DNA of 64,000 nt, taken from IMG/VR virus record IMGVR_UViG_3300027260_000002; one strand, given 5' to 3'. This document shows, piece by piece, positions 56,233 to 63,488 of the stretch. Under the pieces are notes generated by a model that was given only the letters and a program-made list of their open reading frames with translations, had not been told where the DNA came from and ran no database searches. This DNA comes from a virus. Taxonomy: Duplodnaviria > Heunggongvirae > Uroviricota > Caudoviricetes. The translations under genes and the position numbers were made by a program. Each line of letters starts with the position of its first letter. Within the stretch, counting starts at the first letter, position 1.

Positions 56233-56890
56233 AGGTTTCGAATACGATTTGCTAGACTTTGCGGAGCTGCAAAGGATAGATGGTCCAACACGTCTCTATG
56301 AGACGCCAGAAGGGAAGAGATATCCGTCTGTCACCGCCGTCCTCGGTAAGATGACTGATAAATCTGCTCTTGAAGCTTGGAAGAAAAGAGTCGGCGAGGA
56401 CGAAGCAGCTCGAGTTTCATCTCGGGCTGCCACTCGCGGAACGAACATCCATACGATGTGTGAGAACTACGTGTTAGGTCATGACATCGATACGTCGATG
56501 CCTCATAACATGATGATGTTCCGCCAGATCAAGATGATCCTTGACGACAAGGTCGACATGATCAGAGCCACAGAATGCACTCTGTTCTCTGATCATCTCA
56601 AGCTAGCAGGTTCATGCGACCTCATAGCAGACTACGACGGTCGTCTGTCGATCATCGATTACAAGACGTCTGCGAAACTCAAACGTAAGGAATGGATCGA
56701 AGGATACTTTCTACAGACCAGTCTCTATGCATACATGCTATGGGAGATGACAGGCATCTTAGTGAAGGACATCGTGATCATCATCGGTGTCGATGATTCT
56801 CTCGAGGCACAGGTGTTTAGGGAACGACCTCAAAACTACCTTGAGAAAGCGACCGATCTGGTTCGATCTTACCATCAAATGTACGGATAA
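56201..56890 (+). CDS. PD-(D/E)xK-superfamily nuclease (Cas4/RecB-like fold)
   Basis: SCDLIADYDGRLSIIDYKTS matches the D...(D/E)xK core. Confidence 0.5.
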   Translation: MLVKNSDFNRKGFEYDLLDFAELQRIDGPTRLYETPEGKRYPSVTAVLGKMTDKSALEAWKKRVGEDEAARVSSRAATRGTNIHTMCENYVLGHDIDTSMPHNMMMFRQIKMILDDKVDMIRATECTLFSDHLKLAGSCDLIADYDGRLSIIDYKTSAKLKRKEWIEGYFLQTSLYAYMLWEMTGILVKDIVIIIGVDDSLEAQVFRERPQNYLEKATDLVRSYHQMYG

Positions 56891-56894
56891 GAAA

Positions 56895-56919
56895 ATGCGG
56901 CTTCGGTCGCATTTTTTTT
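56895..56919 (+). terminator. rho-independent terminator (UUCG tetraloop)
   Basis: ATGCGGC-TTCG-GTCGCAT plus TTTTTTTT. Confidence 0.65.
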
Positions 56920-56921
56920 GA

Positions 56922-56971
56922 CAATAAACATGTACAATATTTCGAAAACAATGTAAGGTGGACCTATAATC
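56922..56971 (+). promoter_or_regulatory. conserved early-promoter cassette (PeSL-like)
   Basis: ATGTACA 56930-56936, N17, TAAGGT 56954-56959, TATAAT 56965-56970, GAAGGA. Confidence 0.55.
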
Positions 56972-56988
56972 AAGAAGGAAAAAATATT

Positions 56989-57192
56989 ATGACTCGCTTA
57001 TTTGAATACATTCTCGCTCAAGATGATCCTTTCGATTTCATCTATGAAGCCCTCGGTGGAACTCATGGTGTTGAAACCATGAACACCTGCACTGAGATGT
57101 ACTACGATATCTCTGCAGACTATCGTTTGCATCCAGATGATGACTTCGAACGCATCATTGAGATTATGGTCGATCAGATGGAGGTTGTATGA
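56989..57192 (+). CDS. small acidic protein
   Basis: First ORF after the cassette. Confidence 0.4.
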   Translation: MTRLFEYILAQDDPFDFIYEALGGTHGVETMNTCTEMYYDISADYRLHPDDDFERIIEIMVDQMEVV

Positions 57193-57359
57193 CTAGTCCT
57201 GTTATCGGTTACTTCGGTCGCGACACCGTTCAGCGAGCAATCGCCGAATACTTCTCCAAGCATGGCATCACAGAAGATGTTCGTGACTATCTGATGGTCC
57301 TCGAGGATGAAAAGCCCGATGATTTTTTTCAGCTAGTTTGTGATTTTATCGAAAAATAA
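57189..57359 (+). CDS. micro-ORF (56 aa)
   Basis: ATGA coupling to the upstream ORF. Below the track cutoff. Confidence 0.3.
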   Translation: MTSPVIGYFGRDTVQRAIAEYFSKHGITEDVRDYLMVLEDEKPDDFFQLVCDFIEK

Positions 57360-57403
57360 ACATGTACATTTTATCAAAACTTTGGTAAGGTGGACCTATA
57401 ATG
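57354..57403 (+). promoter_or_regulatory. conserved early-promoter cassette (PeSL-like)
   Basis: ATGTACA 57362-57368 ... TATAAT 57397-57402. Confidence 0.55.
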
Positions 57404-57418
57404 AAGAAGGAAGCAAAC

Positions 57419-57562
57419 ATGAACAAGATTATTCAAGTTATCAGCGATATGAAGGCTACTATGACTCCTGCAGAGTTTCGCAACGAGATGCTCGCTAGCC
57501 TCGCTTTTCTCATTATGGCTCCAATCCTGTTCGCAGGTTTTTGGATCATTACTCCAGCGTAA
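57419..57562 (+). CDS. micro-ORF with C-terminal TM (47 aa)
   Basis: MNKIIQVISD...LAFLIMAPILFAGFWIITPA. Confidence 0.3.
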   Translation: MNKIIQVISDMKATMTPAEFRNEMLASLAFLIMAPILFAGFWIITPA

Positions 57563-57600
57563 ATTAAACATGTACAAATAGGCCATTCTATGGTAGAATG
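57562..57600 (+). promoter_or_regulatory. CATGTACA-N17-TAGAAT promoter
   Basis: ATGTACA 57570-57576, hexamer 57594-57599. Confidence 0.45.
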
Positions 57601-57631
57601 GTTATACCAAATTGAAAAAGGAAACTATATT

Positions 57632-58579
57632 ATGGCTCATATGATTGAATTTCTCGACGGCAAGGCTTCGATGGCTTATGCAGGCGAAACACCATGGCAT
57701 CACCTCGGCACGAAGGTCTCGAACGACCTTACTCCGAATCAGATGCTGAAGGCAGCAAACCTCGACTGGAAGGTCAATCCAGTTCCTGCTTTCGCCGAAA
57801 TCGGTGGCAAGCAAGTCGACATCGGTCACTCCGCTCTGGTTCGTGACGTCGACAACAAGATCCTCGACGTAATCACTAACGATTGGGTTCCTAATCAGAA
57901 CGAATCAGCCTTCGAATTCTTCAATGATTTCGTTGCAGCTGGTGAGATGGAAATGCACACCGCTGGTTCGCTTCGCGACGGTCAGCTTGTTTGGGCCTTG
58001 GCAAAGGTGAAGGATTCCTTCGAATTGTTCAAGGGCGATCAGGTCGATTCCTATCTGCTCTTCACCAATCCGCATAAGTATGGTTGGTCGATCGATGTTC
58101 GCTTCACTCCAGTTCGCGTTGTTTGCAACAACACTCTGACTCTCTCGCTGAACAGTCAGTCGAGCAAGATCGTCAAGGTCAGCCATCGTCGTGAGTTTGA
58201 CGGTGACGTTGTCAAGGAAACACTCGGTGTTGCCAAGGAAAAGCTTGCCAAATACAAAGAAATGGCTGCTTATCTTGGTTCGAAGCGTTACACTGACGAA
58301 AACATCGTCGAGTATTTCCAGCGTGTATTCCCTGTCACCGGTTCGAAGAAGGACCTCAGCAAGAATGCTGGTATCGCTCTCGAAATCATGGACCAACAGC
58401 CTGGTGCCGAGTTTGGCGAAGGTAGTTGGTGGCAGGCTTTCAACGCGGTTACCTTCATGACTGATCACATGATTGGTCGCAATGCAGATAATCGTATGAC
58501 TTCTGCTTGGTACGGTTCGAACAAGAACCTCAAGACGAAGGCATTGGAAACTGCCATCGAATTTGCAGACGCAGCATGA
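57632..58579 (+). CDS. DUF932-like phage/plasmid-related protein
   Basis: ATG 57632 after AAAAAGGAAA. N-terminal MAYAGETPWHHLGTKV resembles the conserved PWHGLG block of that family. Confidence 0.45.
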   Translation: MAHMIEFLDGKASMAYAGETPWHHLGTKVSNDLTPNQMLKAANLDWKVNPVPAFAEIGGKQVDIGHSALVRDVDNKILDVITNDWVPNQNESAFEFFNDFVAAGEMEMHTAGSLRDGQLVWALAKVKDSFELFKGDQVDSYLLFTNPHKYGWSIDVRFTPVRVVCNNTLTLSLNSQSSKIVKVSHRREFDGDVVKETLGVAKEKLAKYKEMAAYLGSKRYTDENIVEYFQRVFPVTGSKKDLSKNAGIALEIMDQQPGAEFGEGSWWQAFNAVTFMTDHMIGRNADNRMTSAWYGSNKNLKTKALETAIEFADAA

Positions 58580-58917
58580 TGTTTGAGGTTAAGAGTCGGT
58601 CCCCAGAATCCTGGGGACCTCTTGCTTCTCTAAGCGAGAGTAAGTTCAATCAGATCCTCAACAGTCAGCCCGGTTCTACAAAGGATAAGATCAAGAAGCT
58701 CAAGAAGCTCAAGACGTATAAGGTTACATTCAAAAAGGTTTGGAACTCAGATAGCTTTGAGATTCAGGCTGAAACCGAATATGGTGTGCAGATTGCAGCT
58801 AAGCAATACTTTAAGCAGAATGCAGAATCTATCGGTTTCAAGGAACAAGCTCGTAATCAGTGGGCAGATGGTTATCCTGGTTATGATTCAATTAGTTATG
58901 TAAGAATAAGGAGTTAA
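58576..58917 (+). CDS. hypothetical protein
   Basis: ATGA-coupled internal start MMFEVKSR. Confidence 0.4.
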   Translation: MMFEVKSRSPESWGPLASLSESKFNQILNSQPGSTKDKIKKLKKLKTYKVTFKKVWNSDSFEIQAETEYGVQIAAKQYFKQNAESIGFKEQARNQWADGYPGYDSISYVRIRS

Positions 58918-58920
58918 GTT

Positions 58921-59163
58921 ATGTTTTGGTTATATGGTTTTATTGCATTGCTTTTAGGACGGACGTTCTATGCAGGCATGAATTATAAGACTTTGTTTTA
59001 TCGTGATCCTAAGCACTATGGTGAAACAGGTCAGCAGGTGTGTGAAGATAGAGTTGTCGGTTATGCTTTGAGAACATTTGCTGTCGCACTTACTTGGCCG
59101 ATATCTTTGCCTTTGATCGGCATCTTCAAAATTGGTCAGAAGTTTGGTAGGAAGGAAGCTTAA
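58921..59163 (+). CDS. small membrane protein
   Basis: Two hydrophobic segments. Confidence 0.4.
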   Translation: MFWLYGFIALLLGRTFYAGMNYKTLFYRDPKHYGETGQQVCEDRVVGYALRTFAVALTWPISLPLIGIFKIGQKFGRKEA

Positions 59164-59164
59164 T

Positions 59165-59404
59165 ATGTGGTTATGGTTAATTGTTGCTATTGTACTCTTT
59201 GCAGTCAGTACATATTGTATCGGGCGGTTTGATCTAGATGGTGGTGATCCAGCCGGTCTGTTGTGGGTATGTTTTCTTGGTTCGCTATTGTGGCCGCTTG
59301 TACTCACTGCCGTAGTTATTGGTGGTCCATTCGTCGGTCTCTTCTGGCTCGGTGATCGCAAGCGTGAGAAGCTCAAGAAGGAAAAATCTACCGATAATAA
59401 ATAA
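59165..59404 (+). CDS. small membrane protein
   Basis: ATG 59165. MWLWLIVAIVLFAVSTYCIG ... LLWPLVLTAVVIGGPFVGLFWL. Confidence 0.4.
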   Translation: MWLWLIVAIVLFAVSTYCIGRFDLDGGDPAGLLWVCFLGSLLWPLVLTAVVIGGPFVGLFWLGDRKREKLKKEKSTDNK

Positions 59405-59408
59405 GTGA

Positions 59409-59597
59409 ATGGTAGAAGAAAATGGTACTTACTTTGTAGGAATGTCTTTCGAAACCGAGGATGACGATGAGATCGTTTTCCCGGTGATGTTCCACACGAA
59501 GAATTACAAAGAAGCGCTGACACTCACTCGATGCATTGCCGCTGGCGATCCAAGAAAACGAGTGATGTTTGCAGATATTGACGAGGACTACATATGA
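59409..59597 (+). CDS. hypothetical acidic protein
   Basis: ORF. No recognisable motifs. Confidence 0.35.
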   Translation: MVEENGTYFVGMSFETEDDDEIVFPVMFHTKNYKEALTLTRCIAAGDPRKRVMFADIDEDYI

Positions 59598-59944
59598 AAA
59601 AATTAATTGCATCTTTAGTTGTCGGTAGTATGCTAATCTCTACTCCTGCCTTTGCTGATCATCGTCGAGATCGAAATCGCGACCATGTCCAGCAAGAGCG
59701 TCGTAAAGCTGGCTGTGGCTGGCTTTGCGGCGCTATCATCGGTGGTGTTGTAGTTGGTGCTCTCAGCTCAGGTAATCGCGATCGCGAGAGGGATCGTGAG
59801 CGAGAAAGAGATTATGAGCCGCGCGACGATAATCGCTACTATCCACCAGATTATAGATATGATAGACGCTATTGCGTTCGTGAACAAATCACCGAATGGT
59901 ATCGTGGCGAACGCTACGTTTATTGGGAAACCCGTTGTAACTAA
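59594..59944 (+). CDS. secreted protein with glycine-zipper and RD/RE dipeptide repeats
   Basis: Signal MKKLIASLVVGSMLISTPAFA; GAIIGGVVVGA; RDRERDRERERDYEPRDD. Confidence 0.45.
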   Translation: MKKLIASLVVGSMLISTPAFADHRRDRNRDHVQQERRKAGCGWLCGAIIGGVVVGALSSGNRDRERDRERERDYEPRDDNRYYPPDYRYDRRYCVREQITEWYRGERYVYWETRCN

Positions 59945-59954
59945 GGAATAATAC

Positions 59955-60392
59955 ATGAAAAATTTTATTGCGCTAGCACTCGTGTTGCTGGCAACTCCAG
60001 CTATTGCACAGAAGACACCTACAGGTGTGACATATGACACTACCATTGTTCGTGCGATTGATGGTGATACGATCGTCATTACCGCACCGTATCTGCCAGC
60101 TCCTCTAAAGCCTGAACTTGGTGTTCGAATCTTTGGTGTCGATACACCTGAAAAGAGCTTTCGTGCCAAGTGTGAGAGCGAGAAGAAGCGTGGCGAACAA
60201 TCTAGTGAATTCACCAATTTGGTAATCAAATCTACAAAGAAGCATCAGGTTGTTCTGTACGATTGGGATAAGTTCGGTGGACGTGTTCTTGGAGATATTC
60301 TCCTTGATGGCATGAGCCTTCGAGACCTTCTCATCAAGAATGGTTTTGCACGTGCATATTTTGGTGATGCAAAGCAATCTTGGTGCAATTAA
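59955..60392 (+). CDS. secreted thermonuclease (staphylococcal-nuclease-like, SNase fold)
   Basis: Signal peptide, then VRAIDGDTIVI...VRIFGVDTPE...GGRVLGDILLDG...LIKNGFARAY matches SNase catalytic blocks. Confidence 0.75.
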   Translation: MKNFIALALVLLATPAIAQKTPTGVTYDTTIVRAIDGDTIVITAPYLPAPLKPELGVRIFGVDTPEKSFRAKCESEKKRGEQSSEFTNLVIKSTKKHQVVLYDWDKFGGRVLGDILLDGMSLRDLLIKNGFARAYFGDAKQSWCN

Positions 60393-60424
60393 GCATGTAC
60401 AATTAAAGCCCGTTGGGGTATAAA
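60387..60424 (+). promoter_or_regulatory. CATGTACA-N17-TATAAA(TAG) promoter upstream of the tmRNA gene
   Basis: ATGTACA 60395-60401, TATAAATA 60419-60426. Confidence 0.45.
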
Positions 60425-60430
60425 TAGAAT

Positions 60431-60495
60431 ATCAGTTGTTGACAATCAACAATAAAGGCGGAAAGACCGGGGTTCGACTCCCCGCACCTCCACCA
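60431..60495 (+). ncRNA. ssrA: tmRNA acceptor piece (3' tRNA-like half) of a circularly permuted two-piece tmRNA; 5' boundary approximate
   Basis: T-arm CGGGG-TTCGACT-CCCCG at 60468-60484, acceptor 3' strand CACCTCC 60485-60491, discriminator A 60492, encoded CCA 60493-60495. The complementary 5' strand lies downstream, not upstream, so the gene is permuted. Confidence 0.75.
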
Positions 60496-60577
60496 TGGAC
60501 ACACAGTCTTTCAACCACATTGCACAGGATGTAATGTCACGACAGATTGACTGAGTTGCGCAACGTGTGTCCATGAT
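60496..60577 (+). other. intervening segment of the permuted tmRNA precursor, closed by a 10-bp inverted repeat
   Basis: ATGGACACAC (60495-60504) pairs perfectly with GTGTGTCCAT (60565-60574). This juxtaposes the CCA end and the GGGGGTG 5' end, as in alphaproteobacterial ssrA precursors. Confidence 0.6.
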
Positions 60578-60900
60578 GGGGGTGACTATGGAATTCGATT
60601 TTCGTGTAATAGGGCGGTTTGAGACTGATTGCTTGGCAAAGTGCCACTAAACATAAATGCTAACGATAACGATAGCTTTGCAGATATCCGCCTAGCGGCA
60701 TGATCTACACGGGTATGGCTCCACCTTGGAACAGAACGGGCCACTTACTACCAGTTGAATGACTGGTGCTACGAGTCGCCAGAAAAACTGCTGGCGGTAG
60801 TATAAATAAAATATCACGACGGAGGTTAGAATCCTCCATTGACTCTTGCAAAACTTCAAGTCTTAGATGGCTAGAAAGCGGCATCATTCGGATGCCACCG
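60578..60900 (+). ncRNA. ssrA: tmRNA coding piece (5' acceptor strand, D-loop analog, PK1, tag ORF, downstream pseudoknot region); 3' boundary uncertain
   Basis: GGGGGTG 60578-60584 pairs with CACCTCC giving G3:U70 (the AlaRS identity pair). ACUAUGGAAUUCGAU is a D-loop analog like E. coli AUUCUGGAUUCGAC. Tag ORF GCT AAC GAT AAC GAT AGC TTT GCA GAT ATC CGC CTA GCG GCA TGA at 60659-60703 = ANDNDSFADIRLAA*, preceded by an A-rich tract. Confidence 0.75.
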
Positions 60901-61062
60901 ACGAAAACACTAATGATTTTGCATTTCCAGTAAGAGGGAAATGGATGGAAGATACTTCGTTATTCTCTTGTGTATCTTCTTATAGCGGCAGAAAACTATA
61001 TGGCTGGGATGCCTGTAAAGTAGTCTCTGTTTGCCAAAGTCATTGAGACTAAGAGGAAGAAC

Positions 61063-61641
61063 ATGAAACTTTTCGAAACTAGAAAAGATTTCCCGTATCT
61101 ACGCTGGGCCGAAGGCTTTGTCATAGGTATCATTGCAGTAACAGGTGTGGCTTTGGCTACACCAAACAAAGAACCTGAAGTCAAGATCGTAAAGGTCCCA
61201 GTTATTCAGGTAATCGAAAAAGAAAAGGTCGTAAAGAAGCCAGTCTATCTGAGCAACTACGACAAAAAACAAATCCAATGCATGGCCGAGAATACATACT
61301 TCGAAGCTGGCCATGAACCTTATAAAGGTAGGATTGCGGTAAACAATGTTGTTTTGAACCGCGCAAAAGACGATCGTTTCCCAAGCACGCCATGTGGAGT
61401 TATCAATCAGAGAACTGCGCGCGTATGCCAATTTTCATGGAAGTGTGAGGGTGGAAAAAGAATTCGTGATGGTGTAGCCTTTGCAAAAGCAAGGGAAATC
61501 GCCGAACATGTGTATCTCGGAAATTACGGTGACGTAACAAAGGGAGCAAAGTTTTACCACGCTGACTACGTAAGTCCGTCATGGGGTAGAGTGTTTGCTC
61601 GTACGACTAAGATTGGTGCACACATTTTTTATAGAGGATGA
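61063..61641 (+). CDS. SleB-family cell-wall hydrolase (N-terminal TM anchor)
   Basis: C-terminal domain CMAENTYFEAGHEPYKGRIAVNNVVLNRAKDDRFPSTPCGVINQ...QFSW...YHADYVSPSW fits the Hydrolase_2/SleB pattern. Confidence 0.7.
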   Translation: MKLFETRKDFPYLRWAEGFVIGIIAVTGVALATPNKEPEVKIVKVPVIQVIEKEKVVKKPVYLSNYDKKQIQCMAENTYFEAGHEPYKGRIAVNNVVLNRAKDDRFPSTPCGVINQRTARVCQFSWKCEGGKRIRDGVAFAKAREIAEHVYLGNYGDVTKGAKFYHADYVSPSWGRVFARTTKIGAHIFYRG

Positions 61642-61892
61642 TTATTATGGTGGACGACGTCATTTCAACGAAAGCATTGACTTCTGAAAAGTTCATTAAA
61701 GAAATTGAACGATTGGTTATTAATTATGATTTAGATTATATGGATGCCGTCGTCCACTATTGTGAAAAGAATAACATCGAGATCGAGGCTGCCGCGAGTA
61801 TCATTCGCAGTAACATTCGTATCAAGGCTCGTCTACAAGACGAAGCAGAAGATCTTAACTTCTTGCCAAAGAGGGCTAAGCTACCAGTATGA
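61638..61892 (+). CDS. dsbA: DsbA-like dsDNA-binding late-transcription accessory protein (T4 dsbA-like)
   Basis: YMDAVVHYCEKNNIEIE...DLNFLPKRAKLPV resembles the T4 DsbA C-terminal region. Position upstream of gp59-gp32 as in T4. Confidence 0.55.
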   Translation: MIIMVDDVISTKALTSEKFIKEIERLVINYDLDYMDAVVHYCEKNNIEIEAAASIIRSNIRIKARLQDEAEDLNFLPKRAKLPV

Positions 61893-62464
61893 CTCCATTC
61901 GAGAGCTACACCACTTTCCTCGCCCTTAAAAACCACTTCACAACAGACAGCTATGACTACATCAAATACAACGGTAAGATAGGTGCAAAGCCTTCGAGCT
62001 TTGATGTACGTAAGGACAAGTATCAGTTCTATAAGTTGTCGAAACATAAAGATCCGCTCAAATATCTGGTTGCCAACTTTGTAGATGGCGATTTGAAATG
62101 GATAGGCGATCTGTTTGATGATGACTCAGAGAAAGTGTACAATGAATGGTTGAAGAGACAGCAGTCTCTTTCTTATATCTTCGAAGAAGACGTAAAAAAA
62201 CTATGTACAAATTTCAATGATTGTGTTATTGTAAAGAATGGGCAACATCCCTTCTTACTGAAACAATATCTTCGTCGAGAGATTTCTATCGAGACGGTGA
62301 TTATCCTCAATGATATCTTCGGGTTCTTCGGTCATTGGAACAAGAAGATTGAGGATGGTGTCCTATGGCCCAGCATCCACAAGAAGCTGCTGAAGTATAA
62401 GCCCTTTTTTCATTATGATGCATTTAAATGTAGAAAAATTGTCAAGGATGCTTTTACTTCATGA
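61889..62464 (+). CDS. 59: helicase-loading protein (T4 gp59-like)
   Basis: YDYIKYNGKIG...RKDKYQFYKLSKHK...WIGDL...FEEDVKKL parallels T4 gp59 (YDVIKYN...RRDKYFFQKLSEKY...WIGDI...FEEDIRNI). Confidence 0.7.
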   Translation: MTPFESYTTFLALKNHFTTDSYDYIKYNGKIGAKPSSFDVRKDKYQFYKLSKHKDPLKYLVANFVDGDLKWIGDLFDDDSEKVYNEWLKRQQSLSYIFEEDVKKLCTNFNDCVIVKNGQHPFLLKQYLRREISIETVIILNDIFGFFGHWNKKIEDGVLWPSIHKKLLKYKPFFHYDAFKCRKIVKDAFTS

Positions 62465-62529
62465 TAAATACAATTGCAGTTCGCTGCAATCTAAATACTT
62501 CGAAACACACCGACATATAGGAGATAACT

Positions 62530-63426
62530 ATGTCATTTGCAGACCTCAAGCGTTCTTCCAGCTCTTCTTTTGAGAGGCTCACTAAAGAACTTGCTAAACA
62601 AAATACCACATATTCAGATCCCGATGAGGGCAAATATTGGAAGCCTACCGTCGATAAGGCTGGTAACGGATACGCCGTGATTCGTTTCCTTCCTGCGCCA
62701 GTCAACGAAGACATTCCTTTCACTCGCATCTGGGACCATGGATTCCAAGGACCAACAGGTCTTTGGTATATCGAGAAGTCGTTGACGACTCTCGGTAAAG
62801 ACGATCCCGTGTCAGAATACAACAGCGTTCTTTGGAACACTGGTCTTGACTCTGATAAGGAGATCGCACGCAAGCAGAAGCGCCGCTTGGCATACCACAG
62901 CAACATCTATGTTGTGAAGGATCCAGGCAATCCTGCGAACGAAGGTAAGGTCTTCCTGTACAAGTACGGAAAGAAGATCTTCGATAAGCTTAACGACCTC
63001 ATGAACCCAGGTTTTGAGGACGAGAAGCCAGTAAATCCTTTCGATCTTTGGAACGGTGCTAATTTCAAGCTCAAAATTCGTAAGGTCGAAGGTTGGCCTA
63101 ATTACGATAAGTCAGAATTCGACTCTCCCGCACCACTGTTCGATGATGACAGTGAGCTTGAACGTGTCTACACTCAAGAGTATTCGCTTGCGGAACTCGT
63201 AGATAAAAAGCAATTCAAGTCTTATGAGGATCTCAAGACTCGTCTGAACACTGTCTTGGCTCTTTCTGCGGAACCTGCCAAGATTCGCGGAGTTGATCGT
63301 GATGAAGAGGAGTATAGAGCTCCTGCGCCTACCTTCAAGGCGGCTGCTGCACCTGCTGCAGCTTCTACGGTCGATGAAGACGACGATGATCTCGATTTCT
63401 TCAAACGACTTGCCGAAGAAGATTGA
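62530..63426 (+). CDS. 32: ssDNA-binding protein (T4 gp32-like)
   Basis: KAGNGYAVIRFLPAP, HGFQGPTGLWYIE, VVKDPGNPANEGKVFLYKYGKKIFDKLN and an acidic C-terminal tail all parallel T4 gp32. Confidence 0.9.
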   Translation: MSFADLKRSSSSSFERLTKELAKQNTTYSDPDEGKYWKPTVDKAGNGYAVIRFLPAPVNEDIPFTRIWDHGFQGPTGLWYIEKSLTTLGKDDPVSEYNSVLWNTGLDSDKEIARKQKRRLAYHSNIYVVKDPGNPANEGKVFLYKYGKKIFDKLNDLMNPGFEDEKPVNPFDLWNGANFKLKIRKVEGWPNYDKSEFDSPAPLFDDDSELERVYTQEYSLAELVDKKQFKSYEDLKTRLNTVLALSAEPAKIRGVDRDEEEYRAPAPTFKAAAAPAAASTVDEDDDDLDFFKRLAEED

Positions 63427-63434
63427 TAAGGTGG

Positions 63435-63466
63435 GAAAGGGGGCCGAAAGGTCCCCTTTCTTTTTA
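63435..63466 (+). terminator. rho-independent terminator after gene 32
   Basis: GAAAGGGGGCC-GAAA-GGTCCCCTTTC plus TTTTT. Confidence 0.65.
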
Positions 63467-63488
63467 GGCTCTCATACCACCAAGAGCA

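Noticed and set aside
8693-60424. Repeated ~50-nt conserved element considered as a CRISPR array or MITE
   Set aside because: Copies are separated by 0.2-30 kb with irregular spacing. There are no direct-repeat/spacer periodicity and no terminal inverted repeats. Each copy sits in a promoter position ahead of an ORF.
60458-60495. tRNA-like 3' half (T-arm plus acceptor strand plus CCA) considered as a conventional tRNA gene
   Set aside because: No complementary 5' acceptor strand, D-arm or anticodon arm upstream. The complementary strand is 82 nt downstream with a tag ORF, so it was interpreted as the acceptor piece of a permuted tmRNA instead.
60818-60843. Hairpin GGAGG-TTAGAAT-CCTCC considered as the T-arm of a standard one-piece tmRNA 3' end
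   Set aside because: It is not followed by a strand complementary to GGGGGTG nor by CCA. It is more likely part of the coding-piece pseudoknot region.
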